Shown here piece by piece: positions 29,301 through 39,774 of a stretch of DNA of 64,000 bases. How positions within the stretch are numbered: the stretch's first letter is position 1; each line of letters begins with the position of its first letter. The DNA is from Escherichia phage vB_EcoM_HZ_ZJUN4. The notes below the pieces were generated by a model, which saw only the letters and a list, made by a program, of their open reading frames with translations, did no database searches and had not been told where the DNA came from. A program made the translations under genes and the position numbers. The stretch lies in sequence record PP216085; one strand, written 5' to 3'.

Positions 29301-29637
29301 AGATGATTTAGATTTAGATCTAGAAATTATCGACGAATCCCCCTCTTCGGAGGGGGAAGAAGAAAGAAAAGAACGTCTTTTTAATGAATCTCTTAAGATA
29401 ATTAAATCTGCCATGGAAAATGTTATCCAGGAGATTGTCATTAAACTAGAAGATGGTTCTACACACATTGTGTATGTGACAAAATTAGATTGGGTTGATG
29501 GAAAAGTCGTAATGGACTTTGCTGTTCTTGACCAAGAAAGAAAAGCTGAGTTAGCTCCTCATGTAGAAAAATGTATTACAATGCAACTACAAGATGCATT
29601 TAATAAAAGGTCAAAGAAAAAATTTAAATTCTTTTAA
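29293..29637 (+). CDS. 40: gp40 (head assembly-associated protein)
   Basis: Track ORF 29275 (GTG) trimmed to ATG giving 114 aa MNKDDLDLDLEII; position between uvsX and 41. Confidence 0.65.
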   Translation: MNKDDLDLDLEIIDESPSSEGEEERKERLFNESLKIIKSAMENVIQEIVIKLEDGSTHIVYVTKLDWVDGKVVMDFAVLDQERKAELAPHVEKCITMQLQDAFNKRSKKKFKFF

Positions 29638-29646
29638 GGAGTAAGT

Positions 29647-31074
29647 GTGGTAGAAATTATTCTTTCTCATCTCATATTTGATCAAGCTTATTTTTCAAAA
29701 GTTTGGCCATATATGGATTCAGAATATTTTGAAAGTGGTCCAGCTAAAAATACATTCAAATTAATTAAATCACATGTTAATGAGTATCATAGCGTTCCAT
29801 CTATTAATGCGTTAAATGTTGCATTAGAAAATAGTTCATTTACTGAAACAGAATATTCTGGTGTAAAAACACTTATTTCAAAACTAACCGATTCTCCGGA
29901 AGACCACAGCTGGTTAGTAAAAGAAACAGAAAAATATGTTCAGCAAAGGGCGATGTTTAACGCCACATCTAAAATAATTGAAATTCAAACCAATGCTGAG
30001 CTTCCTCCAGAAAAACGAAATAAGAAAATGCCGGATGTAGGTGCTATTCCTGACATCATGCGCCAAGCATTATCAATTTCATTTGATAGTTACGTTGGTC
30101 ATGATTGGATGGATGACTATGAAGCACGTTGGCTATCTTATATGAATAAAGCTCGTAAGGTTCCATTTAAACTCAAAATTCTAAATAAAATTACTAAAGG
30201 CGGAGCTGAGACTGGAACACTGAACGTTTTAATGGCTGGTGTTAACGTTGGTAAGTCATTAGGTCTATGTTCATTGGCAGCAGATTATTTGCAGCTCGGT
30301 CATAATGTTCTTTACATTTCAATGGAAATGGCAGAAGAAGTCTGTGCTAAACGTATTGACGCTAATATGCTTGACGTTTCTCTTGATGACATTGATGATG
30401 GGCATATTTCTTACGCTGAATATAAAGGAAAAATGGAAAAATGGCGTGAGAAATCTACTCTCGGTCGTTTAATCGTTAAACAGTATCCTACTGGTGGTGC
30501 AGACGCTAATACATTTCGTTCTCTTTTGAACGAATTGAAGCTCAAGAAGAATTTTGTTCCAACAATCATTATTGTTGACTATCTAGGTATTTGTAAATCT
30601 TGTCGCATCAGAGTTTACTCAGAAAATAGTTACACAACTGTTAAAGCTATCGCAGAGGAATTGCGTGCTCTGGCTGTTGAAACCGAAACTGTTCTTTGGA
30701 CTGCAGCACAGGTTGGTAAGCAGGCTTGGGATTCTTCTGATGTTAACATGAGCGATATTGCAGAATCCGCCGGTCTTCCAGCAACAGCCGATTTTATGCT
30801 TGCGGTCATTGAAACCGAGGAGTTAGCAGCTGCTGAACAACAACTCATTAAGCAAATCAAATCACGATATGGTGATAAGAATAAATGGAATAAGTTTTTG
30901 ATGGGTGTTCAAAAAGGAAATCAAAAATGGGTAGAAATTGAGCAAGATTCTACTCCAACCGAAGTGAACGAAGTAGCAGGTTCACAGCAGATTCAGGCTG
31001 AGCAGAATCGCTATCAAAGAAACGAATCTACTCGAGCCCAGTTAGATGCTTTGGCAAATGAATTAAAATTTTAG
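29647..31074 (+). CDS. 41: replicative DNA helicase gp41 (DnaB-like)
   Basis: 475 aa, GTG start; Walker A GVNVGKS; matches recalled T4 gp41. Confidence 0.95.
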   Translation: MVEIILSHLIFDQAYFSKVWPYMDSEYFESGPAKNTFKLIKSHVNEYHSVPSINALNVALENSSFTETEYSGVKTLISKLTDSPEDHSWLVKETEKYVQQRAMFNATSKIIEIQTNAELPPEKRNKKMPDVGAIPDIMRQALSISFDSYVGHDWMDDYEARWLSYMNKARKVPFKLKILNKITKGGAETGTLNVLMAGVNVGKSLGLCSLAADYLQLGHNVLYISMEMAEEVCAKRIDANMLDVSLDDIDDGHISYAEYKGKMEKWREKSTLGRLIVKQYPTGGADANTFRSLLNELKLKKNFVPTIIIVDYLGICKSCRIRVYSENSYTTVKAIAEELRALAVETETVLWTAAQVGKQAWDSSDVNMSDIAESAGLPATADFMLAVIETEELAAAEQQLIKQIKSRYGDKNKWNKFLMGVQKGNQKWVEIEQDSTPTEVNEVAGSQQIQAEQNRYQRNESTRAQLDALANELKF

Positions 31075-31103
31075 TTTACAAGCTGACAGGACTATGGTAT
31101 AGT
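31074..31103 (+). promoter_or_regulatory. T4-type early promoter
   Basis: GTTTACAAG...TATGGTATAGT. Confidence 0.6.
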
Positions 31104-31132
31104 AGTCTTGTTGGTTAAATGAGGAGATTGTT

Positions 31133-31315
31133 ATGGAATTGGTAAAGGTAGTTTTTATGGGGTGGTTTAAGAATGAAAGCATGTTTACTAAAGAAATCAC
31201 AATGATGAAAGACGACGTTCAATGGGCTACTACTCAATATGCTGAAGTTAATAAAGCATTAGTTAAAGCTTTCATTGATGACAAGAAAGTATGCGAAGTG
31301 GATTGCCGAGGATAA
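31133..31315 (+). CDS. dmd: Dmd, antitoxin against host RnlA/LsoA toxins
   Basis: 60 aa MELVKVVFMGWFKNESMFTKEITMMKDDVQW... between 41 and 61; matches recalled T4 Dmd. Confidence 0.7.
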   Translation: MELVKVVFMGWFKNESMFTKEITMMKDDVQWATTQYAEVNKALVKAFIDDKKVCEVDCRG

Positions 31316-31316
31316 T

Positions 31317-31571
31317 ATGCACATTGTTTTATTTAAACCTACTCCATACAGTGAATCATACTGTGTTAGGAAAAATACAAAATTTAAATTACCTATTTCA
31401 TCCGCATGGGAATTGGTATTAGATATTCCAGCAGAAGAAAGCCCTCCATTCGGTCGAGTGGAATTTATTGAGTTTGTTGTACGTCCTACGAAGCGACAGA
31501 TTCGCCAATGCAAAAGATACTTTCGTAAAATAGTCAAGTTAGAGAAACAGTTACTGATGCTAGTAAAATAG
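31317..31571 (+). CDS. hypothetical protein
   Basis: Track ORF 31275..31571 trimmed to ATG after GAGGATAAT; 84 aa. Confidence 0.5.
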   Translation: MHIVLFKPTPYSESYCVRKNTKFKLPISSAWELVLDIPAEESPPFGRVEFIEFVVRPTKRQIRQCKRYFRKIVKLEKQLLMLVK

Positions 31572-31573
31572 TA

Positions 31574-31603
31574 GTTTACAAGCTGATAGAGTTGTGTTAT
31601 AGT
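31574..31603 (+). promoter_or_regulatory. T4-type early promoter
   Basis: GTTTACAAG...TGTTATAGT. Confidence 0.55.
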
Positions 31604-31634
31604 AATTCTATCAGCTAATCGCGGAGAAAAGAAA

Positions 31635-31889
31635 ATGATGCTAGTTAATAGAGAATATCAGTTTAAATCAGAAGAAGATTTGGAAAAATTCGCAAGTGGT
31701 TGTGAACTGAATAGACGCACAGCTAAAGTCATAGGATTAAAACCCTTTACAGTTCTAGATTGTGAAGTTTCTAAATTCCGCAGAGGGTGTTCTATTAGCG
31801 GTCATGCTCTGGTTGATGGGAACACATTTTTCTTTGTTTTTAGCGTCAGAGAACTTTTATTGATTAACGAACTTGAGGAAATAAAATAG
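31635..31889 (+). CDS. hypothetical protein
   Basis: 84 aa, RBS GGAGAAAAGAAA. Confidence 0.5.
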   Translation: MMLVNREYQFKSEEDLEKFASGCELNRRTAKVIGLKPFTVLDCEVSKFRRGCSISGHALVDGNTFFFVFSVRELLLINELEEIK

Positions 31890-31919
31890 TTTACTTTTGT
31901 TGGAAATTGAGATACTATA
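31887..31919 (+). promoter_or_regulatory. T4-type early promoter
   Basis: GTTTACTTT...GATACTATAT. Confidence 0.45.
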
Positions 31920-31946
31920 TAAACATAAACTACTGAGGAGATTATC

Positions 31947-32240
31947 ATGAAAAAATTTGTTTTTGCTGCAATTTTTGCTTTGACTTCTTGTGCTGCTCAG
32001 CCTGCTATGGCGGGTTATGATAAAGATTTGTGCGAATGGTCTATGACTGCAGATCAGACTGAGGTTGAAACTCAAATTGAAGCGGATATTATGAATATCG
32101 TTGAGCGTGATCGTCCTGAAATGAAAGCTGAAGTACAAAAACAGCTTAAATCTGGTGGTGTAATGCAGTATAATTATGTTCTGTATTGCGATAAAAACTT
32201 CAATAATAAAAATATCATCGCTGAAGTGGTAGGTGAATAA
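31947..32240 (+). CDS. sp: probable Spackle (periplasmic lysozyme inhibitor / superinfection exclusion)
   Basis: 97 aa with signal peptide MKKFVFAAIFALTSCAAQPAMA; between 41 and 61; RBS GAGGAGATT. Confidence 0.65.
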   Translation: MKKFVFAAIFALTSCAAQPAMAGYDKDLCEWSMTADQTEVETQIEADIMNIVERDRPEMKAEVQKQLKSGGVMQYNYVLYCDKNFNNKNIIAEVVGE

Positions 32241-32851
32241 TGCTTTATCAAATGCACAAGTGCAAAGACACGTACAAATATAAAGGTGCCCAGTGTTATA
32301 TCATTAATCGTGAAAACGCAGGTCCAGGTCATTCGCATCAATCGCGGTTTGTATTCGTTAAAAACAACGAAATTATAGCAGTTGCTAATTACATGCTTGC
32401 GACTAGTGATGTTAATCCGGTGCCTTTCACATATTATAATCTAATGGACTTGGCGTACGATTATAATTGGTTTAATCATGATACTTTGGCTCATATTGAA
32501 GGTGTAGGATTTGATATCTCTTATTCTAGTTACTCGTTGTGTCCTATGAGCCGAGCTCATAAAGAGCCTGAATATTTTTCATTTCGTCGGCGTGTAGACT
32601 TTAAACGCAGCACAGAGTATGTCGGTGGAATCTTTGTTAAAGATAATCGAATTACTCGCATTATTTATCCTTTGGGCTGTGGTCAAAAAGATATTGATGT
32701 TGATTTAGACTTTACTGAAAACATCATTAATCATATTGCTTCTGTGTATTTTGATATTGATCACAAAATTGTAATATGTGGATATGAATTACCATCAGAA
32801 AAACAGTCTATTGATGACCAAATTTTTAATGCTTTTATGAATAGAGGTTAA
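32240..32851 (+). CDS. hypothetical protein
   Basis: 203 aa; start overlaps sp stop. Confidence 0.55.
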   Translation: MLYQMHKCKDTYKYKGAQCYIINRENAGPGHSHQSRFVFVKNNEIIAVANYMLATSDVNPVPFTYYNLMDLAYDYNWFNHDTLAHIEGVGFDISYSSYSLCPMSRAHKEPEYFSFRRRVDFKRSTEYVGGIFVKDNRITRIIYPLGCGQKDIDVDLDFTENIINHIASVYFDIDHKIVICGYELPSEKQSIDDQIFNAFMNRG

Positions 32852-32852
32852 T

Positions 32853-33017
32853 ATGAAAACGTTTAAAGAATTTATCAAAGAAGATATGGTCGCTGGAGAT
32901 TCAGGTGGTAATCCTGAAAATATCTCTACTGGAACAACGTCAGGCGCTGCAGTAAATAAAGGTCCTGAACAGATTCCTAAAAAGAAAAAAGAGGAATCTA
33001 AAGAAAAAGAAGAGTAA
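32853..33017 (+). CDS. small acidic/lysine-rich protein (54 aa)
   Basis: Not in ORF track; ATG after GAGGTTAAT; fills the gap before gene 61. Confidence 0.35.
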   Translation: MKTFKEFIKEDMVAGDSGGNPENISTGTTSGAAVNKGPEQIPKKKKEESKEKEE

Positions 33018-33020
33018 AAA

Positions 33021-34049
33021 ATGTCATCAATACCTTGGATTGATAATGAGTTTGCATATCGTGCGCTAGCTCATTTACCTAAATTCACACAAGTAAATAA
33101 TAGTTCAACTTTTAAATTGCGGTTTAGATGCCCTGTTTGTGGAGATTCAAAAACCGACCAAAATAAAGCCCGTGGATGGTATTACGGCGATAATAATGAA
33201 GGAAATATTCATTGTTATAACTGTAACTATCATGCACCAATCGGAATATATTTAAAGGAGTTTGAACCTGATTTATATCGTGAGTATATCTTTGAAATAA
33301 GAAAAGAAAAAGGTAAAAGTCGTCTAGTAGAAAAACCTAAAGAACTTCCTAAACAACCCGAGAAGAAAATAATTAAATCTCTTCCGTCATGCATTAGATT
33401 AGATAAACTGGCGGAAGACCATCCAATTATAAAATACGTAAAAGCTCGCTGTATTCCAAAGGATAAATGGAAATATCTTTGGTTTACAACCGAATGGCCT
33501 AAATTAGTTAATAGTATAGCACCAGGAACATATAAAAAGGAAATACCTGAGCCTCGTCTTGTTATTCCAATTTATAATGCTAATGGAAAAGCTGAGTCTT
33601 TTCAAGGACGTGCATTAAAGAAAGATGCTCCTCAAAAATATATCACCATCAAAGCTTATCCTGAGGCAACAAAAATCTATGGAGTTGAACGAGTTAAAGA
33701 TGGTGATGTATATGTTCTAGAAGGACCTATAGATTCACTTTTTATTGAAAATGGTATAGCTATTACGGGTGGTCAATTAGACCTAGAAATTGTTCCATTT
33801 AAAGATAGACGTGTATGGGTTTTAGATAATGAACCTCGTCACCCTGACACTATTAAACGAATGACTAAATTAGTTGATGCAGGAGAAAGGGTTATGTTTT
33901 GGGATAAATCTCCCTGGAAATCAAAAGATGTTAATGATATGATTAGAAAGGAAGGTGCAACCCCTGAACAAATTATGGAATATATGAAAAATAATATTGC
34001 CCAAGGGTTGATGGCTAAAATGCGGCTATCTAAATATGCTAAGATTTAA
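33021..34049 (+). CDS. 61: DNA primase gp61
   Basis: 342 aa; zinc ribbon CPVCGDS...CYNC; TOPRIM acidic residues. Confidence 0.92.
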   Translation: MSSIPWIDNEFAYRALAHLPKFTQVNNSSTFKLRFRCPVCGDSKTDQNKARGWYYGDNNEGNIHCYNCNYHAPIGIYLKEFEPDLYREYIFEIRKEKGKSRLVEKPKELPKQPEKKIIKSLPSCIRLDKLAEDHPIIKYVKARCIPKDKWKYLWFTTEWPKLVNSIAPGTYKKEIPEPRLVIPIYNANGKAESFQGRALKKDAPQKYITIKAYPEATKIYGVERVKDGDVYVLEGPIDSLFIENGIAITGGQLDLEIVPFKDRRVWVLDNEPRHPDTIKRMTKLVDAGERVMFWDKSPWKSKDVNDMIRKEGATPEQIMEYMKNNIAQGLMAKMRLSKYAKI

Positions 34050-34246
34050 ATTAACCCAACCAAAGCAAATGCTAAATCTACGAATGTATCAAGAGTAATT
34101 ACTGGAATACTAACGCCATGAGCAATAGCAACTGGCGATAAAACAAAATTCCAAAGTAAAATTCCTATCATAGCAGAAATAGTAAAAGCTATACGTTTTT
34201 TATTACCTTTGATGGCATTAACAAGTGCCATTAATTTTTGTACCAT
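34046..34246 (-). CDS. small membrane protein, antisense to flanking early genes
   Basis: 66 aa hydrophobic; strong RBS AAAGGAGG 7 nt upstream of ATG on - strand; convergent with gene 61. Confidence 0.45.
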   Translation of the reverse strand: MVQKLMALVNAIKGNKKRIAFTISAMIGILLWNFVLSPVAIAHGVSIPVITLDTFVDLAFALVGLI

Positions 34247-34295
34247 GCGTCGTCCTCCTTTAAATTAAATATTTATCGCAAATTTTACAAAATTT

Positions 34296-34325
34296 GTTTA
34301 CTTTCTCAGCTTGTTGTGGTATTAT
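34296..34325 (+). promoter_or_regulatory. T4-type early promoter
   Basis: GTTTACTTT...TGTGGTATTAT. Confidence 0.6.
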
Positions 34326-34350
34326 AAAATAAACTGCTGAGGATAATATA

Positions 34351-35690
<1,340 letters not shown>

Positions 35691-35753
35691 CTGCTTATAT
35701 ATTCAAATGATATAATTATTTAACTTATTAATGAATTGAAAGGAAAACTAATG

Positions 35754-36269
35754 GCTCACTTTAATGAATGTGCTCATTTGATCGAAGGTGTTGATAAAGC
35801 AAATCGTGCATATGCTGAGAATATTATGCACAATATTGACCCACTGCAGGTTATGCTTGATATGCAGAAATCTTTACAGATTCGCTTGGCTAATGATAAG
35901 CCAGAAACAAATCGTCATCCTGATTCGCTTGAAACTGCAGGAGAAGTTCTTGCTTGGTTGCGAAACCAAGACGATTATATCGCAGACGAAACTCGCGAGC
36001 TATATACTTCTCTTGGCGGTATGAGTAATGGCGAAAAAGAAGCTTCTGCTGTATGGAAACCTTGGAAGAAACGTTATTCTGAAATGCAATCCAAGAAAAT
36101 TCAAGATTTATCTCCTGAAGATCAACTTGAAATTAAATTTGAACTAATTGACCAATTTCACTTTTTCATGAATAAATTCATTGCTCTTGGAATGTCAGCT
36201 GAAGAAATCTTTAAACTTTATTATCTGAAAAATGCCGAAAACTTCGCTCGTCAAGACCGAGGCTATTAA
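35754..36269 (+). CDS. 56: dCTPase-dUTPase gp56 (MazG-like)
   Basis: Track ORF trimmed to 171 aa MAHFNECAHLIEGVDKA... Confidence 0.85.
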   Translation, partial: AHFNECAHLIEGVDKANRAYAENIMHNIDPLQVMLDMQKSLQIRLANDKPETNRHPDSLETAGEVLAWLRNQDDYIADETRELYTSLGGMSNGEKEASAVWKPWKKRYSEMQSKKIQDLSPEDQLEIKFELIDQFHFFMNKFIALGMSAEEIFKLYYLKNAENFARQDRGY

Positions 36270-36436
36270 TGGCTCGTTTAAATAAACGTCAGCTTAAGAA
36301 AGCCCATAAGAAACGTATTGACCAGCTATTTAAAGATTATAACAAAGAGCTCGTGTGTGAGCTCTTAACTAATCAACTTCGTATGGTTGAAATTATAGAA
36401 GGTCCTGACGAAATTTTGTCAGTGAAGAAGCTTTAA
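36269..36436 (+). CDS. small basic protein (55 aa)
   Basis: Not in ORF track; TAATG overlap with gene 56 stop. Confidence 0.3.
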   Translation: MARLNKRQLKKAHKKRIDQLFKDYNKELVCELLTNQLRMVEIIEGPDEILSVKKL

Positions 36437-36465
36437 AATTAATTATAGAGCATTCAAAATGAAAT

Positions 36466-36669
36466 TTGATTTTTTATGCATGGCAAAAAGCCGGGAGACC
36501 GGCTAGTCGAGCATTTGGTTCCGATGGATATAATATTAGAGCCCATTGGAAATTTAATGCTCCAGAAGATTATTCTCCGGTAATTATTAACGGCGATGTT
36601 GTTATATTAACTAAAATCGGGTATTTTAACGTTCCGCGAGAATTTATTATAAATAATCATGTAATTTAA
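36466..36669 (+). CDS. hypothetical protein
   Basis: Track ORF, 67 aa; contains soc late promoter near its 3' end. Confidence 0.3.
   Translation: MIFYAWQKAGRPASRAFGSDGYNIRAHWKFNAPEDYSPVIINGDVVILTKIGYFNVPREFIINNHVI
36648..36655 (+). promoter_or_regulatory. late promoter core TATAAATA upstream of soc
   Basis: Exact TATAAATA about 30 nt upstream of soc ATG. Confidence 0.5.
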
Positions 36670-36685
36670 ATAAAAGGAGAATTAC

Positions 36686-36943
36686 ATGGCTAGTACTCGC
36701 GGTTATGTTAATATCAAAACATTTGACCAAGCAGTTGATGGTGGTACAATTCAGGGTAAAGAAATTTCTGTAGCTTTCCCTCTTTATTCTGATGTTCACA
36801 AAATTTCTGGTGCTCATTATCAGACATTCCCTTCTGAAAAAGCAGCATATTCTACAGTATATGAAGAAAATCAGCGTACTGAATGGATCACTGCAAATGA
36901 AGGTCTTTGGACTGTTACACCTACACCTGGTGTAGGTGGTTAA
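36686..36943 (+). CDS. soc: small outer capsid protein Soc
   Basis: MASTRGYVNIKTF...EISVAFPLYSDVHKISGAHYQTFPSEKAAYSTVYEENQRTEW matches recalled T4 Soc. Confidence 0.9.
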   Translation: MASTRGYVNIKTFDQAVDGGTIQGKEISVAFPLYSDVHKISGAHYQTFPSEKAAYSTVYEENQRTEWITANEGLWTVTPTPGVGG

Positions 36944-36952
36944 ATAATTTAA

Positions 36953-36976
36953 GGAATCCTTCGGGGTTCCTTTTTT
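36953..36976 (+). terminator. intrinsic terminator
   Basis: GGAATCC-UUCG-GGGTTCC hairpin followed by TTTTTT. Confidence 0.6.
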
Positions 36977-36986
36977 CGTTTTTGCA

Positions 36987-37016
36987 GTTTACTTTCCAAA
37001 ACAAGTATGGTATAAT
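36987..37016 (+). promoter_or_regulatory. T4-type early promoter
   Basis: GTTTACTTT...TATGGTATAAT. Confidence 0.6.
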
Positions 37017-37042
37017 AGAATTATCTTATAGAGGAGAGCACT

Positions 37043-37255
37043 ATGTTAAATCGCTGGATTAAACCAAATGAAGACCTCCAGAAGGTTCTTGATAAAGCTA
37101 TCGCTGATAAATGGGGTATGAAAAGCTGGGATTGTGATGTCGTCACGCATTCATTCATGATGCATGCAGATGGTTCAGTCGAGTTCAATGCTGAAATGCG
37201 ATATACTGACTGGGGTGGATTTCAAAGAGTCGAATTTCAAAGAGGCTTTTTGTAA
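37043..37255 (+). CDS. hypothetical protein
   Basis: 70 aa, RBS AGAGGAGAG. Confidence 0.5.
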   Translation: MLNRWIKPNEDLQKVLDKAIADKWGMKSWDCDVVTHSFMMHADGSVEFNAEMRYTDWGGFQRVEFQRGFL

Positions 37256-37596
37256 TGTTTATCTTTAATTGGTTTAAAAATTTCTTTATGGATTTTTTCT
37301 TTACAGCTCCTGGAGAAGGTGTAGTTCCTATTTCAAATGACTACCTTCCTTTAACTGTAGTTGAATATGTTTATATGGGAGATGGAACAGTAGAAGCAGT
37401 TACTATGACTTATGAAGAAGCCCAGGAATATTATAAAAATCCTTGGCGCTGGTCAACACCTACTACATCATCTAATACACAGAATACACAGTCTAATTCT
37501 GATTCATATGACACTAATGTTCCTGTTCATGTATGGACGGGCGATTCGTGTGGAAGTTCTTGCGATTCTAGTTGTTCATCTACATCTTGCGATTGA
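37255..37596 (+). CDS. hypothetical protein with Cys/Ser-rich C-terminal tail
   Basis: 113 aa; ends [17 protein letters not shown]. Confidence 0.5.
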   Translation: MFIFNWFKNFFMDFFFTAPGEGVVPISNDYLPLTVVEYVYMGDGTVEAVTMTYEEAQEYYKNPWRWSTPTTSSNTQNTQSNSDSYDTNVPVHVWTGDSCGSSCDSSCSSTSCD

Positions 37597-37604
37597 GGAA
37601 AATT

Positions 37605-38090
37605 ATGGAAGCGATTTTGTTTGAAATGTATATTAGCAGTGATAGCATGTCGTTTGCTAAAGACGTTCCAATTACTGTAGCAGTAATGATTGATAAGGGT
37701 TATTGTGACCCAATGTATCTCGTAGAAAATTTCGTTTCAATGCCAGTTCCAGAAGATGCTGAAATAAAACTTAAAAAGATTGGTATTATTGAAACTGTAC
37801 CAAATATTCCATTTAGAGCAATTGAAGCATTTACTAAATCCGAATACATTAATGTTAGCGCAGAACAATATAATGATAAACCTTTATCTTTCTATTCGTA
37901 TGATTCATTATATAGTTGGAAAATAGATAAAGGAAATAAATTTATAATTGCAAGTGAAGATGCTTTATCATACTTTATTTCTTCTATATGGAATAGTTTA
38001 CATCCAAATTTGCTAAAAATTCATAAATTCGATGATGCTCCTACTGTTGTTTTAGGTAAAATAAATGAAAGTTCTGAAGAAAATGTTTGA
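37605..38090 (+). CDS. hypothetical protein (possible Mrh by position)
   Basis: Track ORF 37572..38090 trimmed to ATG after GAGGAAAATT; 161 aa. Confidence 0.45.
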   Translation: MEAILFEMYISSDSMSFAKDVPITVAVMIDKGYCDPMYLVENFVSMPVPEDAEIKLKKIGIIETVPNIPFRAIEAFTKSEYINVSAEQYNDKPLSFYSYDSLYSWKIDKGNKFIIASEDALSYFISSIWNSLHPNLLKIHKFDDAPTVVLGKINESSEENV

Positions 38091-38268
38091 ATGGTTCAAT
38101 AGACCAAACTCAATGTACATTGACGATGGTTGGGTTGAACAAGCAAATAAAGAAATGCAGAACGAATCAGAAGAATGGATGAAATCAATGATTAGTGCTG
38201 AGAAAGAAAAGAAATTAGAACGCTCAGCGCTTAAATTGATGAGAGACATCTATGGGGATAAATCGTGA
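38065..38268 (+). CDS. hypothetical protein
   Basis: Track ORF, 67 aa, overlaps previous gene end. Confidence 0.35.
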   Translation: MKVLKKMFEWFNRPNSMYIDDGWVEQANKEMQNESEEWMKSMISAEKEKKLERSALKLMRDIYGDKS

Positions 38269-38421
38269 ACAGAGATATGACGTTAGAAGAGGCCAAGGCT
38301 AAAGCAAATGAAGCATTGGATTTGCTTCTTAAAATTGGCAGTAAAATGATGGAAGAAAATGAGAAATATATCCAGGAAAACAAAATTCCTGACGGCCCGT
38401 TAGTAGGCAAGAGGAAATCAC

Positions 38422-38892
38422 ATGATTGAAGTAGCAAAACATTATTCAATAGAATTTATGTCTAAAGAAGGTAAATCAGTAAATACGCTTGACAAAGATT
38501 GCTCATTAATTATTCCTTTAGCAGAAAATCCGGACCTTTTAATTAAAGATATAAAAGAAAGAAAATATCCAGAAAATGTTATTCTAATTATAAAGCATAC
38601 TGAAGATATTTTGCAGCATACTGATTCACCATTTTCTTCTTCTGAGGCTTTAACTATTAAAGGCTATAAAAGAGCTCATGAATATGGTCTTTTTGACCTG
38701 TTTGAAGACGATAAAGTTAAATTAGCGAGTCAACCTTCTAAAAGTAAAACATTCATTATTGAAGATATTAAAGATATAAATGCATTTGTTAAGATGGTCT
38801 GGGCTCATTTTGATGTTGGACTACGCTGGAGAATGTCCGAAGAAGAAAGAAAGATTATTGAAGCTAATCGTTATTTTGGTTTTTATCGCTAG
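38422..38892 (+). CDS. hypothetical protein
   Basis: Track ORF, 156 aa. Confidence 0.5.
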   Translation: MIEVAKHYSIEFMSKEGKSVNTLDKDCSLIIPLAENPDLLIKDIKERKYPENVILIIKHTEDILQHTDSPFSSSEALTIKGYKRAHEYGLFDLFEDDKVKLASQPSKSKTFIIEDIKDINAFVKMVWAHFDVGLRWRMSEEERKIIEANRYFGFYR

Positions 38893-38900
38893 GAATTAAT

Positions 38901-39083
38901 ATGGATTTATTTGAGATGTTAGAAGATAATCATTCTACGAATATCCAGAATGATTCTAGTGATTATAAGAAAGAATACCGTATAGTATTACAGAATTATG
39001 GAATTGAAGCTCCAGATGCTCTTCTAGAAGAACTAGCTTCATACCATCTTGACCCTCCGCCCTGGGCTCCCTGGGCAAAATAA
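38901..39083 (+). CDS. hypothetical protein
   Basis: Track ORF, 60 aa, acidic. Confidence 0.4.
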   Translation: MDLFEMLEDNHSTNIQNDSSDYKKEYRIVLQNYGIEAPDALLEELASYHLDPPPWAPWAK

Positions 39084-39094
39084 TTCAAAAAGTT

Positions 39095-39124
39095 GTTTAC
39101 TTTCCTTCCTAACAATGATATGAT
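39095..39124 (+). promoter_or_regulatory. T4-type early promoter
   Basis: GTTTACTTT...GATATGATAG. Confidence 0.5.
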
Positions 39125-39150
39125 AGCTTCTGAAGTATATGGAGGCTATC

Positions 39151-39774
39151 ATGATTATTAATCTTGCAGATGTTGAACAGTTATCTATAAAAGCTGAAAG
39201 CGTTGATTTTCAATATGATATGTATAAAAAGGTCTGTGAAAAATTTACTGACTTTGAACAGTCAGTTCTTTGGCAATGTATGGAAGCCAAAAAGAATGAA
39301 GCTCTTCATCGGCAGTTGAATAAAATCGTTAAAAAGCATTTAACTAAATCACCTTATCAGCTATATCGTGGTATATCAAAATCGACAAAAGAACTCATTA
39401 AAGATTTACAAGTCGGAGAAGTGTTTTCAACGAACAGAGTAGATTCATTTACTACTAGTTTGCATACAGCGTGTTCTTTTTCTTATGCTGAATATTTCAC
39501 TGAAATAGTACTTCGCTTAAAAACTGATAAAGCTTTTAATTATTCTGACCATATCAGTGATATCATACTTTCTTCTCCTAATACTGAGTTTAAGTATACA
39601 TATGAAGATACTGATGGATTAGATTCAGAACGTACTGATAACTTAATGATGATTGTGCGTGAACAAGAATGGATGATTCCAATTGGAAAGTATAAAATAA
39701 CTTCTATTTCAAAAGAAAAATTACACGATTCATTTGGAACATTTAAAGTGTATGATATTGAGGTAGTTGAATGA
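39151..39774 (+). CDS. modB: ADP-ribosyltransferase ModB
   Basis: Track ORF trimmed to ATG after GGAGGCTATC (207 aa); R-S-E motifs YRGIS, FTTSL, EQEWMIP. Confidence 0.65.
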   Translation: MIINLADVEQLSIKAESVDFQYDMYKKVCEKFTDFEQSVLWQCMEAKKNEALHRQLNKIVKKHLTKSPYQLYRGISKSTKELIKDLQVGEVFSTNRVDSFTTSLHTACSFSYAEYFTEIVLRLKTDKAFNYSDHISDIILSSPNTEFKYTYEDTDGLDSERTDNLMMIVREQEWMIPIGKYKITSISKEKLHDSFGTFKVYDIEVVE

